In this document: piece by piece, positions 28,859 through 38,848 of the stretch
How the letters are laid out: every line of letters begins with the position of its first letter
Numbering within the stretch: position 1 is the stretch's first letter
Origin: an uncultured Alphaproteobacteria bacterium
GTDB lineage: Bacteria > Pseudomonadota > Alphaproteobacteria > RF32 > CAG-239
Assembly: GCA_910577205.1 (NCBI GenBank)
Contig: CAJTMA010000006.1
Location: 4,770-68,769, forward strand
Direction of reading: 5' to 3'
Length of the DNA stretch: 64,000 nucleotides
Notes under the pieces: generated by a model
Seen by the model: only the letters and a program-made list of their open reading frames with translations
What the model was told of the DNA's origin: nothing
Database searches by the model: none
Translations under genes and position numbers: made by a program

Positions 28859-30668
28859 ATTCGCCGCTGCCTTTTGCTTGTCTGCCTTACTGATGCTGCC
28901 ATCATTGGCCACAGCCAAAATCAGCAAGCAAATCCCGCTGTATGACCAAAGTAAATATGCCGTTGGATTTTCTCATTTTGACTATGTTAATCCGCAAGCG
29001 CCGAAAGGCGGGCGAATCGTATTGCCGGAATATGGCGGCTTTGATAATTTTAACCCTTTTATTTTTAAGGGCATTGCCACAGCACAAGTTGCCAATCTGA
29101 GCCTTGACAGTCTGGGGATTGTGCCCGCAGATGACCCTTATACGGTTTATCCGTTACTGGCTAAGGCTTTCGATATGCCCGCCGATAAATCTTACATTGG
29201 CTTTATTCTGGATGAACACGCCAAGTTTCATGACGGCTCTCCGGTAACGGCTGATGATGTTATTTTCAGCTATAACGCCCTGATGGAAAAAGGCCAGCCG
29301 CTGTATAAAGTTTATTATGCAGATGTGGATCGTGTCGAGAAAGTAAACAGTCGCGAAGTGCGCTTTTACTTCAAAAAAGGAACGCATAACCGGGAGTTGC
29401 CGCTGATTTTGTCACAGATGAAAATTTACTCGGCGAAAGACTGGGAAGGGCGAGATTTCAGCAAGCCGGAGCTGCGCATTCCGCTGGGGAGCGGCCCATA
29501 TAAACTGGAAAAATTTGAACCCGGACGCTTTCTTATCTTTAAGCGCGATAAAAATTACTGGGCAAAAGACCTGCCCAGCCGCAAAGGTTTTTTTAACTTT
29601 GACGAAGTTCGCTTTGATTATTATCAAGATACGACCGTTACGCTGCAAGCCTTGTTTGCAGGGAGCATTGATGTCAGAGAAGAATATATCGCCAAAATCT
29701 GGGTAACCGGATATGATAACCATTTGGTAAACAGCGGCAAAATTATTAAAGAAAATATGGCTCATAATAATGCCGCAACACTGCAAATGTTTGCTTTTAA
29801 TCTGCGCAAACCAAAGTTTCAGGATCGCCGGGTGCGGCAGGCGATTGCCCTGGCTTTCAACTTTGACTGGGCAAATGACAAGTTATTTTATAACCAGTAT
29901 CAGCGGATTTACAGTTATTTTACCAATACCGGAATGGAAGCCGGCGGGCTGCCTCAAGGCAAAGAGCTTTCTATCCTCAAAAAATATCGGCATCAGCTGC
30001 CTGAAGAAATTTTTACCACTGTTCCAGCCAATCCGCGGCATGGCGATTTTAAAGAAACGCGTCGGCATTTGAAAGAAGCCGTAAAGCTTTTGCAACAAGC
30101 CGGATATGATTTTGTCGACAGCAAGATGACAAACTTAGCCACAGGCGAGCCTTTGGAATTTGAAGTATTGAGCAATTCGGCAAACGGAAACACCTTTACC
30201 CGCGTCATGTTGCCGTTTATTGCCAATCTGGCAAAAATCGGTATTAAACTGACTTTCCGCAACTTGGAGATAAACGTTTTTAAAAACCGGCTGGATAATT
30301 TTGATTTTGATATGGCGATTGTATCATTCGGAGTCAGCCGGCTGCCGGGAAATGAACAAGCAGAAATGTGGGGCAGTGCCGCTGCGGATATTAAAGGCAG
30401 CTATAACATGATTGGTATAAAAAATCCGGTTGCCGATGATTTGATTAAAGGATTAATTTCCGCACAGAATAAAAATGATTATGAAGCATATGTCCGGGCA
30501 CTTGACCGGGTGTTGCTGACTGAAAGTTATATGATACCGCAATGGTTCTCCCCTTATCAGCGGGTGGCTTATCATAATAAATTCGGGCATCCGCAGACTT
30601 CGGTCAAAGCAGGATTTCAACCAATGACATGGTGGGACGCCTCCCCAAGCACAAAGGATAAAAAATGA
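28848..30668 (+). CDS. ABC transporter substrate-binding protein, family 5 (peptide/YejA-like)
   Basis: The signal peptide is [23 protein letters not shown], with the start chosen at 28848. It is a ~600-aa cluster-C SBP whose length and motifs are typical of the OppA/YejA family. Confidence 0.8.
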   Translation: MTNKFAAAFCLSALLMLPSLATAKISKQIPLYDQSKYAVGFSHFDYVNPQAPKGGRIVLPEYGGFDNFNPFIFKGIATAQVANLSLDSLGIVPADDPYTVYPLLAKAFDMPADKSYIGFILDEHAKFHDGSPVTADDVIFSYNALMEKGQPLYKVYYADVDRVEKVNSREVRFYFKKGTHNRELPLILSQMKIYSAKDWEGRDFSKPELRIPLGSGPYKLEKFEPGRFLIFKRDKNYWAKDLPSRKGFFNFDEVRFDYYQDTTVTLQALFAGSIDVREEYIAKIWVTGYDNHLVNSGKIIKENMAHNNAATLQMFAFNLRKPKFQDRRVRQAIALAFNFDWANDKLFYNQYQRIYSYFTNTGMEAGGLPQGKELSILKKYRHQLPEEIFTTVPANPRHGDFKETRRHLKEAVKLLQQAGYDFVDSKMTNLATGEPLEFEVLSNSANGNTFTRVMLPFIANLAKIGIKLTFRNLEINVFKNRLDNFDFDMAIVSFGVSRLPGNEQAEMWGSAAADIKGSYNMIGIKNPVADDLIKGLISAQNKNDYEAYVRALDRVLLTESYMIPQWFSPYQRVAYHNKFGHPQTSVKAGFQPMTWWDASPSTKDKK

Positions 30669-31744
30669 GAAATTATATCATTAAACGGCTGCTTTTGATT
30701 CCTTTTACTTTGCTGGGGATTTTAACCGTTAACTTTCTGATTATTCAAATGGCGCCGGGCGGGCCGATAGAGCATACGCTGGCCAAATATCGCGGCTTTA
30801 ATGTGGATTCCAAGTCACAATTTTCCTCCACCGCTGCAGTTAACATGAGCCAGTCGGCGGCAAAGTATCAAGGCGCGCAGGGTGTTCCCGAAGACTTGAT
30901 AAAAGAATTGGAAAAACAATTCGGATTTGACAAGCCGGTTCATGAACGCTTTTTTAAAATGGTTAAAGATTATGCCGCGTTTAATTTCGGAAAAAGTTAC
31001 TATCAGGATAAATCTGTCGGGCAATTGATTGCCGAGCGGATGCCGGTTTCCGTTTCTCTGGGATTATGGTCGACTTTAATCATTTACCTGATTGCCATTC
31101 CGTTAGGAATAAAAAAAGCCGTGCGTGACGGAACATCTTTTGATATCTGGACATCTTTTGCCGTGATTATCGGCGCAGCCATTCCTGTTTTTTTATTTGC
31201 TGTTTTTCTGATTGTTTTTTTAGCCGGCGGCACATATCTGCACTGGTTTCCGTTACGCGGGCTGACCTCAGACAACTGGGATGAATTATCATGGTTCGGC
31301 AAAGTAATTGATTATTTTTGGCATATTACTTTGCCGGTAACCGCAATGGTTATCGGCGGATTTGCCAGTCTGACTATGCTGACAAAAAATTCATTTCTGG
31401 ATGAAATCAACAAACCATATGTTTTGACAGCGCGCGCCAAAGGACTGACAGAGAACCAAGTTCTTTACAAACACGTCTTTCGGAATGCCATGCTGATTGT
31501 GGTTGCCGGTTTCCCTACTCTGTTAATCAAGATGCTGTTTACGGGATCGCTGCTGATTGAAGTGATTTTCTCGCTCAACGGCTTAGGGCTGCTGGGATAC
31601 GAAGCCATTATGACGCGTGATTATCCGGTCATTTTCGGCACATTATACATCTTTGCCCTGCTTGGGCTGTTGCTGAAACTGTTGAGTGATATCACTTATT
31701 CGCTGGTTGACCCGAGAATTAACTTCTCTTCCGTAAATGCCTGA
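30665..31744 (+). CDS. ABC transporter permease (OppB/YejB-like)
   Basis: Six TM helices and the EAA-like loop are present. It overlaps the SBP stop in an ATGA arrangement. No second permease or ATPase follows. Confidence 0.85.
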   Translation: MRNYIIKRLLLIPFTLLGILTVNFLIIQMAPGGPIEHTLAKYRGFNVDSKSQFSSTAAVNMSQSAAKYQGAQGVPEDLIKELEKQFGFDKPVHERFFKMVKDYAAFNFGKSYYQDKSVGQLIAERMPVSVSLGLWSTLIIYLIAIPLGIKKAVRDGTSFDIWTSFAVIIGAAIPVFLFAVFLIVFLAGGTYLHWFPLRGLTSDNWDELSWFGKVIDYFWHITLPVTAMVIGGFASLTMLTKNSFLDEINKPYVLTARAKGLTENQVLYKHVFRNAMLIVVAGFPTLLIKMLFTGSLLIEVIFSLNGLGLLGYEAIMTRDYPVIFGTLYIFALLGLLLKLLSDITYSLVDPRINFSSVNA

Positions 31745-31755
31745 CTTCTTGGCCG

Positions 31756-32997
31756 TCAGGCGGCCCCCCGAAACTGCGCTTCCGGACTAAAGCATAATCG
31801 GGTGATTTCACCGTGCAGTTCATTTAGCAGAGGATCGTTCAATTCTTCTAACAGGCTGTTTATCTGAAGATTGCTCTGGCAGGATACTCCCTCGCATTCC
31901 TCCCAATAGCGCGCGTTGCTATCCTGGTAAAACGCGTTTTGCAGAGCCCCCTCAAGTTTGTTTACCAGCTTCAACAGACGGGATTCCGCCGTCTGTTGTT
32001 GCGCATATTCGACACAGAGTTCATAAATCTGCTGATTTAACGGCGCAGGCAGGATATGGCGAATAGCGGTCACGGCTTCCGCTTCATTTTTCTTTTTTAG
32101 CAGTTTCCGGCCGCAGACAGCTTCCGGCAAATCATGCGTCAAAGCCAAGCGCAGCAAACGCCCATAATCCCCCGGATTTTGCAAGTAAGGCGACAAGCAA
32201 AGCAACAGGTAGCAAAGCTTAACAATATGATCGGCGGCAGTTTCTTTGCTGCCATCGGCCAGTCGGTTATCCCGCTTAACCAAAGCCAGTTTTTCAACAA
32301 CATCCATGAAATCAGCCAAAGCGGCATTGAGCGGCAACTGGGCGTCGTTTAACTGAGATGCTTTTTCATCGGTTCGCACGCCACTTTTAATCATAGCCAT
32401 GCGGCACAGATTTAAACATTGCGCTTCCATATGACTCAACAACGGTTCGTTTAATTTTTCAAGCCACTGCTTTTCCGGGGTATCGCCGCTCATTACACAG
32501 CGATAATACCAATCCCCGCCTTTGCCTTCGCTCCAATAAAGGACATCGCCCAAACGGCAAGCCTGATAGTTCGCGTCAAGCTTATCCAGCACATAGACAA
32601 TTTGAGCCTCGCGGCTGCTTTTATTTTCATATTCCATAAACAAGTTATAAATCTTCTCTCCCGCAGCTTGGGGAAGGATGTCGCGGCAACGCTCGATGGC
32701 CGCCAATTCTTTTTGTTTTTTCTGTTCCTGTAAAGCGGTATTTGTCCGTTGGGCGCAAAGCGGAATATCCCCGCATTCGGCTTCAGCTAAGTCATGAACT
32801 AAAGCCAGCTCAAACATTTTGGTGGTATCAACTTTAGTTTGCAGGTAAGGCGCGGCCGCAAATGCCAGATAAGCCACTTTCAAGATATGTGACGAATCGC
32901 TTTCATAACTGCCGTCAGAGAGTTTGACATCGCGCTTGACCTGCCCCAGCTTCTCGACAATTTTATGAAATTCGATTATTTTTTTGATGTCTGACAT
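31756..32997 (-). CDS. tandem HD-domain phosphohydrolase
   Basis: Two HD modules are present (HDLAEAECGDIP, HDLPEAVCGRK). I chose the start at MSDIKKIIEFHK (32997). The track's longer ORF overlaps serS by 125 bp. Confidence 0.7.
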   Translation of the reverse strand: MSDIKKIIEFHKIVEKLGQVKRDVKLSDGSYESDSSHILKVAYLAFAAAPYLQTKVDTTKMFELALVHDLAEAECGDIPLCAQRTNTALQEQKKQKELAAIERCRDILPQAAGEKIYNLFMEYENKSSREAQIVYVLDKLDANYQACRLGDVLYWSEGKGGDWYYRCVMSGDTPEKQWLEKLNEPLLSHMEAQCLNLCRMAMIKSGVRTDEKASQLNDAQLPLNAALADFMDVVEKLALVKRDNRLADGSKETAADHIVKLCYLLLCLSPYLQNPGDYGRLLRLALTHDLPEAVCGRKLLKKKNEAEAVTAIRHILPAPLNQQIYELCVEYAQQQTAESRLLKLVNKLEGALQNAFYQDSNARYWEECEGVSCQSNLQINSLLEELNDPLLNELHGEITRLCFSPEAQFRGAA

Positions 32998-33043
32998 TTG
33001 TTTTCTCCTACAAAAAAACCGCCCACAAGGAGCGGTTTGACAT

Positions 33044-34324
33044 TTACGCATTCTTACCAATTTTGGTTTTGCCGCCAAGGTAAGGACGCAGCTTAACCGG
33101 AATATTAACCGTTCCGTCAGCATTCTGGTGGTTTTCAATAAACGGTACCAGCGCCCGCGGAGTGGCAATACCGGTATTGTTCAGCGTATGAACATATTTT
33201 ACTTTGCCATCAGCATTGTCGCGGTAACGCAGATTGGTGCGACGCGCCTGCCAATCAGTAATATTAGAGCAGGAATGGGTTTCGCGATAGCAGTTTTGTG
33301 ACGGAACCCAAGCTTCCAAATCATATTGGCGGTACTTCGGCGCCCCCATATCCCCGGTGCAAATATCCAGCACCTGATATGGCAATTCCAAATCCTGCAG
33401 CACTTCTTCAGAAATAGCCAACAGCTTTTTATGCCATTTGTCACTTTCGTTGACATCATTTTTGCAGATGACAAACTGCTCGGTTTTCATAAACTGGTGG
33501 ACGCGAACCAAGCCGCGGGTATCTTTACCGGCAGCTCCGGCTTCGCGGCGGAAACAGGGTGAAAATCCGGCATAAAGAATCGGCAATTCGTTTTCGTTCA
33601 AAATTTCATCAGCACGCAACGAGTTCAGAATCAACTCGGCTGTGCCCGACAGATACAAATCATCTGCCGGCATATAATAAATTTCATCACGAGAAAACGG
33701 CAAATAACCCTGGCCATACAGCGGGCGCTCTTTGGAAATTGAGGGCACGGTCACCACGGTAAACCCATGGGCGCGCAATTTATCCAACACCATCATATGA
33801 ATTGCCAGCTCCAATTGAGCCAAATCATTTTTAATGGCATAAGTGCGAGAACCGCAGACTTTTGCAATGCGTTCCATCTCGCTCCAGTCATTAAGCTCCA
33901 TCAGTTCAATATGGTCGCGGGGCGTAAAGTCAAATTTGGTCGGTTCGCCCACTTTGCGCAGAACAACGTTGGCGCATTCATCCGGGCCGACCGGGCAATC
34001 CGGGCTGGGATAGTTTGGCATACGCAGCATCAATTCATCAAACTGTGCCTGAATTTTGCCGAGTTCTTCCTGTTCTTTTTTCAACTCTTCGCCTAATTCT
34101 TTACTTTTGGCAATGATTGCCGGGCGTTCCTCAGCCGAGGCAGATTTAATCGAATTACTCAGGCGGTTCTTTTCTTCAGCCAGAGCCTGGGAAGAGGTTT
34201 TAAGCTTGTTCATATCCAAGTAGGTTGATATTAAATTATCGACACTTTCCGAAGAGAAACCTTTTTTAGCAAGGCATTGTTTAACTTGATCCTGATTATC
34301 GATAATATGTTTAATATCCAACAT
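33044..34324 (-). CDS. serS: serine--tRNA ligase
   Basis: 426 aa with an N-terminal coiled-coil arm and a class II catalytic core. Confidence 0.93.
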   Translation of the reverse strand: MLDIKHIIDNQDQVKQCLAKKGFSSESVDNLISTYLDMNKLKTSSQALAEEKNRLSNSIKSASAEERPAIIAKSKELGEELKKEQEELGKIQAQFDELMLRMPNYPSPDCPVGPDECANVVLRKVGEPTKFDFTPRDHIELMELNDWSEMERIAKVCGSRTYAIKNDLAQLELAIHMMVLDKLRAHGFTVVTVPSISKERPLYGQGYLPFSRDEIYYMPADDLYLSGTAELILNSLRADEILNENELPILYAGFSPCFRREAGAAGKDTRGLVRVHQFMKTEQFVICKNDVNESDKWHKKLLAISEEVLQDLELPYQVLDICTGDMGAPKYRQYDLEAWVPSQNCYRETHSCSNITDWQARRTNLRYRDNADGKVKYVHTLNNTGIATPRALVPFIENHQNADGTVNIPVKLRPYLGGKTKIGKNA

Positions 34325-34654
34325 TCGTCTTTGTCCTATTTATCTTTATTTTATATGTTTTAACTTTTATGAAGAATAGCAATTTTTATGATAAATACAA
34401 GACCAAACAGACTCTAAAGCACAAAAAACCTCTTTTTCCACTATTCCCAATAGTGCCGACAACCAAGAATCGGCTATGTCATTACCTTAGATAAACTGGT
34501 CGATATTATGGATAATAATGTTTGTTTTAAACCGTTCAGCCCGGTATTAGAATCCGGGCTGAATATTGTTTGGAAAAAACATCAGGTCTTTTCGCCGGCG
34601 GCCAAACTCTTCTTAAATGCCGTTCGGGAAAAATTTGAAAGCTTTTCCTAAGCG

Positions 34655-35056
34655 TTATTTTTCACTGACAGTTCCGGTTTCCTCAAAAACCAGTTCTTTT
34701 CCGGCACTGCCGATAATAGTCAATTTTTTACCGTCTAATTTATAAGTGGTTACAGTCGGCAAAAATTGCAGATAATCCTGCTCGGCTTTCATTAATTCTT
34801 CCGGACCGGCCATCATAGTTGACCCTGCCGGTTCAAGGGTAAGCTTGTCGGCGTTCAACATATAAGAACCAAAGTAATTATTAATAGCGGCTACGCCGAA
34901 AAAGCGATTTTCCTTAGCATCAAAGCCTATGGTAATTTCGGCATTGTCCGGAGCATTTTGAAGTTTGTATTCCTTTCCGACAAAACTATCAGCCGTTTGT
35001 GCCGTGCAGGAAACCAGCATTATCACACCCAAAAGTGAATTTATCCATTTAAACAT
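34655..35056 (-). CDS. hypothetical lipoprotein
   Basis: Start at MFKWINSLLGVIMLVSC with an AAGGAG RBS. It has a lipobox and a beta-rich body. Confidence 0.5.
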   Translation of the reverse strand: MFKWINSLLGVIMLVSCTAQTADSFVGKEYKLQNAPDNAEITIGFDAKENRFFGVAAINNYFGSYMLNADKLTLEPAGSTMMAGPEELMKAEQDYLQFLPTVTTYKLDGKKLTIIGSAGKELVFEETGTVSEK

Positions 35057-35134
35057 AAAGCATCTCCTTATATTAGGGTTATCAGATACTTTTAACATAT
35101 ACTTATCTTTGCAAAATACCAGATATTTTATTAC

Positions 35135-35524
35135 TTAATTAACGGCTTTGAAGCGGATATAATCCCCGCGGAAATTTCTGATGACCAATTCATCGCCGTC
35201 AGATGACAGCATTTTTTCACCATAAAGAAAATCAAAGTACGCTTTTTCAGGGTTAAGCAAACGTGCCGGGCGATTTAAGCGCGTGGCATTGATTGTATCA
35301 AAATAAATAGTCGGATGACCGTTCCGCTCCCCCAGATGATAATCTCCATAATATTCATTAATGTATGTTCCCCAATATTGGCCGCTGCCAGAGTCAAAAT
35401 TCAACGTTACGGGAATACGGTGCGCCCCGTTTGCCATCCGATAAGACTCATGCAAAACAGGTGCTTTTCCAACGCAGGCACAAACCAATAAACAAAGAAC
35501 CGCCACAAGCCAAAATTTGCGCAT
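35135..35524 (-). CDS. hypothetical lipoprotein or secreted protein
   Basis: Start at MRKFWLVAVLCLLVCAC with an AAAGGAAAA RBS. It has a signal peptide and a lipobox. Confidence 0.5.
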   Translation of the reverse strand: MRKFWLVAVLCLLVCACVGKAPVLHESYRMANGAHRIPVTLNFDSGSGQYWGTYINEYYGDYHLGERNGHPTIYFDTINATRLNRPARLLNPEKAYFDFLYGEKMLSSDGDELVIRNFRGDYIRFKAVN

Positions 35525-35797
35525 ATGTTTTCCTTTGTTCCAAACCTCTTTATATTTTACAAGAAAATTTTCAAATAACCAAGCAGAAAAAACACCCGAT
35601 AAGCTATCGGGTGTCACAGAGATTAATTGTTTAGCAAGTTATCAAATGCATGATAATACTGCCGCAGAAGAATTCAGGCTTTCCCGGCAAAATGAATATA
35701 ATCGTAAAAAAGGGCAATTAAAGAGTGATATAATTGCTAGAATTAAAGGAATTTAGAAACAAGAGAAAAATAATTAACATTTTCAGCAAAATTATGC

Positions 35798-35826
35798 TTG
35801 ATTTTTTTGCAAAGGGCGTGTATGTT
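35798..35826 (+). promoter_or_regulatory. candidate sigma70 promoter for the tRNA-Thr gene
   Basis: TTGATT-17 nt-TATGTT, ending 12 nt before the tRNA 5' end. Confidence 0.35.
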
Positions 35827-35838
35827 TCCTTCGTTGTC

Positions 35839-35913
35839 GCCGCTGTAGCTCAGTGGTAGAGCACGTCATTGGTAATGACGGGGTCGCAAGTCCGATTCTT
35901 GCCAGCGGCACCA
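35839..35913 (+). tRNA. tRNA-Thr (anticodon GGU), CCA encoded
   Basis: Manual fold. The acceptor stem GCCGCTG pairs with CAGCGGC. The D stem is GCTC/GAGC. The anticodon stem CGTCA/TGACG carries the loop TTGGTAA, giving anticodon GGT. The T stem is GCAAG/CTTGC. The T loop TCCGATT is slightly unusual. Confidence 0.8.
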
Positions 35914-35916
35914 TTA

Positions 35917-35945
35917 AAAAAGCCTCCTTTAGGGAGGCTTTTTTA
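35917..35945. terminator. intrinsic terminator after the tRNA
   Basis: AAAAAAGCCTCCC-ttta-GGGAGGCTTTTTTAA. Confidence 0.6.
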
Positions 35946-35949
35946 ATGG

Positions 35950-36100
35950 TTATCGTGGGACGGGCGGAATTGCGAAGCAAGTCTGACGAAGCCGGTTGGC
36001 GGCCATCAATCGGCGAAGGACGAGGAGCTAAAGCGACGAGGTCTTGAGCGGCAGCGAAAGATGCGCTCTACCGAAAGCCCCCGCACCTTCAAAGCCAGCG
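35950..36100. repeat. solitary degenerate unit of the 80-bp repeat family (left boundary of the AT-rich islet)
   Basis: Positions 35974-36002 (GAAGCAAGTCTGACGAAGCCGGTTGGCGG) are identical to 39968-39996 in the last unit of the tandem array. The downstream CCGCACCTTCAA motif is also shared with 40052-40063. Confidence 0.6.
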
Positions 36101-36116
36101 TCACCATTTTTAGAAA

Positions 36117-36230
36117 TGCACCTTTTGAGGTGTTTTTTTTGTTATGTAAACCAAGCCTTTCAACAGTCCGATTAATGAGTTTTTGAAATAAGCACTTTTG
36201 TAAGATTATCGGTTCTTTTCGTAGCAATGA
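36117..36230. repeat. ~110-bp direct repeat, copy A (terminator-like hairpin plus conserved tail)
   Basis: CACCTTTTGAGGTG followed by T8, then ...CAGTCCGATTAATGAG.... The diverged copy B lies at 36955-37070. Confidence 0.5.
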
Positions 36231-36832
36231 ATTACGTCATAAAAAAACGGCATCGTAACATTTAAAACAATATCAGGGTTTTGATAGAAATCCCGTAAGT
36301 AAGATTGTAATTCAACTTGAATCACATTCGGCTGATTGAAAGTTTTTTGATAACGCCCTGTAAAACCAACTTTTCCTGTATAATCAGGGTGATTGACCAC
36401 CGTTTTTAATTTATATTGTTTTGCAATTTGCAAAATATGATTTAAATAAGGATAATTCTTATCATCAAAATCAGCTATACCTAAACAGATATCATAATCA
36501 ATTTCTTGATTAAAACCATGAATATCTAAAAAGTAATGGTCTTGTAAATTGTGTTCTGCAACATAATCAGAGATGAGAAATTTGTAAGGGGTAAATTTTG
36601 TTCGCACTAAAGTTGATATTTTGTTTACAGCCCCAAGATGCTTAACAAGCGCACCAGTATATAGATCTGCGCATTTTTCTTTTTTATTACAAAAACTCCG
36701 TGTTGCGTGCGGCGCAGAAAGGATTAATGAAGAAGAATAATCTATAAACTCAAAAACATCTTCTCTTTCTTCTTGTCCATGAGAACGATTTAAGATGAAA
36801 CATTCGTTATATTTTTTTAGAGTATCAATCAT
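36206..36832 (-). CDS. hypothetical protein, possibly a zinc amidase of the PghP / N-formylglutamate-amidohydrolase-like fold
   Basis: 208 aa from AT-rich DNA. The motifs SAPHATRS and FLDIHGF resemble the His-containing zinc-site motifs of phage-type poly-gamma-glutamate hydrolases. This comes from memory and is not verified. The gene is flanked by ~110-bp direct repeats. Confidence 0.5.
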   Translation of the reverse strand: MIDTLKKYNECFILNRSHGQEEREDVFEFIDYSSSLILSAPHATRSFCNKKEKCADLYTGALVKHLGAVNKISTLVRTKFTPYKFLISDYVAEHNLQDHYFLDIHGFNQEIDYDICLGIADFDDKNYPYLNHILQIAKQYKLKTVVNHPDYTGKVGFTGRYQKTFNQPNVIQVELQSYLRDFYQNPDIVLNVTMPFFYDVIHCYEKNR

Positions 36833-36954
36833 AATATTAAGTATAGATATTTAATCGTTAAAAATCAGTGTCAAATAACTTAATTTTTACTCAACTCCTT
36901 AAACCTCTCGGTCTCATCAGTCCGATAATCGCACTGTATCGCGCACCATTTGTT

Positions 36955-37070
36955 AAAATACACCTTTTAAGGTGCTTTTTTGTTATGAAAACCAAGGTTT
37001 ACAGTCAGTCCGATTTGAGAGATTTTTAAATAGCATTTTTTAATAATCTATCGGACTTTTGCCAGAAAGA
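36955..37070. repeat. ~110-bp direct repeat, copy B
   Basis: CACCTTTTAAGGTG followed by CT6, then ...CAGTCAGTCCGATTTGAGAG.... It is about 70% identical to copy A. Confidence 0.5.
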
Positions 37071-37199
37071 TAGCAGGCACAAGTGTTTACTCTTCTTAAT
37101 CCGTCTTCAATAAATTTTAATTGTTTGATTTTACCATATATAAAATTTAATAGTAAGATTACCTTATGTACATTCTGATAGCTTTTTTTTGCACCTATC

Positions 37200-38051
37200 T
37201 TGCATTCATTATCTTGTATTATTGATGCACATTTTTCAAACAGTATTTTTAATAAAACAACATCTCTTATTTTTTACGCTACCATAACAAATATAATTAT
37301 TATTCCTTTTTTATTTTTGTTTGGAACTCCGACACTCCCTTCGTGGTCTTCATTAACGGTCATTTTCATCGTTGGGGCGATAGATGTATTTTATCAAATT
37401 CCGTATTATATTGCTTTGCGTAAGGTTGACACATCAATCACGGTTGCATTGTTTTCTCTTGGAAAAGTATCTGTTCCGATTTTAGCATATTTCATTGTTG
37501 GTGAAAAATTGAGTATAATGCAATATGTTGGGTTTGGCATTATTCTTTTATCAAGCTTTTTATTAAACTTTAATCGAAAACAGTTAAAATTAAATATTGC
37601 CTTTTTTCTTATGCTAATAGTGTCATTAGCTTTATCACTAGCTTCGGTATTGGAAAAATATTCTCTTAAAGAAATTGATTTTGTAACACTTATCTTCTGG
37701 ATGGTTTTATTTTCAACATCAATATCTTTTTCTTTCCTTTTTATTAAAAATATAAGGCAGGACATTATAGATACATTTCCGAAATATAAAAAAGCCATTT
37801 CACTGTTTTTAAGTAATGAGGTATTGAGTCAGGGAGGCTCATTGGCAATGATTATCGCTCTTTCTCAACTTCCTGTTTTAACTATAAAATCAATAAATTC
37901 ATCTCAAAGTATATTTACTTTATTGTTTGGTTTTGTTCTCTATAAAATTTTTGGAGATAGGTTTAAAGAAAATTTAACTCGAGATAAAGTTATAAAAAAA
38001 CTAATTTCTTTTATTTTTATTATGATAGGAATATATTTGGTTTTAAGTTAA
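37200..38051 (+). CDS. DMT/EamA-like 10-TM transporter
   Basis: 283 aa and very AT-rich. It has ten hydrophobic helices in a 5+5 arrangement typical of drug/metabolite transporters. Confidence 0.55.
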   Translation: MHSLSCIIDAHFSNSIFNKTTSLIFYATITNIIIIPFLFLFGTPTLPSWSSLTVIFIVGAIDVFYQIPYYIALRKVDTSITVALFSLGKVSVPILAYFIVGEKLSIMQYVGFGIILLSSFLLNFNRKQLKLNIAFFLMLIVSLALSLASVLEKYSLKEIDFVTLIFWMVLFSTSISFSFLFIKNIRQDIIDTFPKYKKAISLFLSNEVLSQGGSLAMIIALSQLPVLTIKSINSSQSIFTLLFGFVLYKIFGDRFKENLTRDKVIKKLISFIFIMIGIYLVLS

Positions 38052-38197
38052 CGTCAGTTTTATATTCCTGCTCAGGATTTTAAGTCTAATAATTGCTCAG
38101 CATAAATTTTTCCAGAAACTATACCTGCAGAAGCTTTGTGTTATTTTCAATTTTAGTCATAAAAAAGACTTGCTTTGAAAAAAGCAAGTCTTTTTTA

Positions 38198-38848
38198 TTA
38201 TATGCGGCTTTCAGTCCATAGTGGTGTTAAAGTTTCTTTATACTGAGTATAATCAGTATATAACTTTTCATATTTGACAATCAGGTGCTTTTTAGCCATC
38301 CGCCACTCCGGATGTTCTTTAGCATTGATAACATGGTAGCTGTTGTCAGACAAAATAAAATGGAAAAGGTAAAACTCTTCACCATAAATACGGCCTGTAT
38401 ATCTTCCATTAATTTTGCCGTTGCTTTTTGACATACCAGCACCGACACCGCCACCAATACCGAGAACACCTCCGCCACCTCCGATTGATGATAAGTCACC
38501 GTTCAAAGAACCGTGCTCTTGAGTATCGGCTTCTTTTTCCCAGGAACAGGCAATAATTTTCAGCTTTTTGCTAACATTATTCTTTTTTATAAATTCCTGA
38601 AGTTTGTCAGTTTCTGCTTGTCGTGTTGCCCGTTGTTTTTCCACCTCAATCAGGTAAACAGAATCAACAGACAATCTGATAGATTTTTGTACCGTTTGTT
38701 CACAATTCGCAAGATATTCTTCTATTTTCTTTTGTTCCGCTTGCAGTGTGGAGATTTGAGAATCAGAGATAAAGTTTTCTGCTTGATATTTTTGAAGCTG
38801 ATCTCTGGAGGCTTCCCCATATAAAAGCAATAGCTTCCCACACAACAA
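38198..38848 (-). CDS. hypothetical protein with a coiled-coil N-terminus and a glycine-zipper motif. It may be the 3' part of a frameshifted gene.
   Basis: The GGGGGVLGIGGGVGAGMS tract resembles a glycine zipper of the SlyB/17-kDa-antigen type. There is no signal peptide of its own. The first 127 bp overlap the upstream ORF in another frame. Confidence 0.4.
   Translation of the reverse strand: MLCGKLLLLYGEASRDQLQKYQAENFISDSQISTLQAEQKKIEEYLANCEQTVQKSIRLSVDSVYLIEVEKQRATRQAETDKLQEFIKKNNVSKKLKIIACSWEKEADTQEHGSLNGDLSSIGGGGGVLGIGGGVGAGMSKSNGKINGRYTGRIYGEEFYLFHFILSDNSYHVINAKEHPEWRMAKKHLIVKYEKLYTDYTQYKETLTPLWTESRI

Noticed and set aside
33044-33168. The 125-bp overlap between the HD-protein ORF (track 31756-33168) and serS.
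   Set aside because: It is resolved by using the internal start MSDIKK at 32997. The upstream extension is Arg/Cys-rich junk in the serS 3' region.
34508-34651. A 47-aa ORF in the serS-lipoprotein intergenic region (MDNNVCFKPFSPVLESGLNIVWKK...).
   Set aside because: It contains a 10-bp-stem hairpin (TTCAGCCCGG...CCGGGCTGAA) that looks like a terminator. There is no convincing RBS, so the region is more likely regulatory or terminator sequence.
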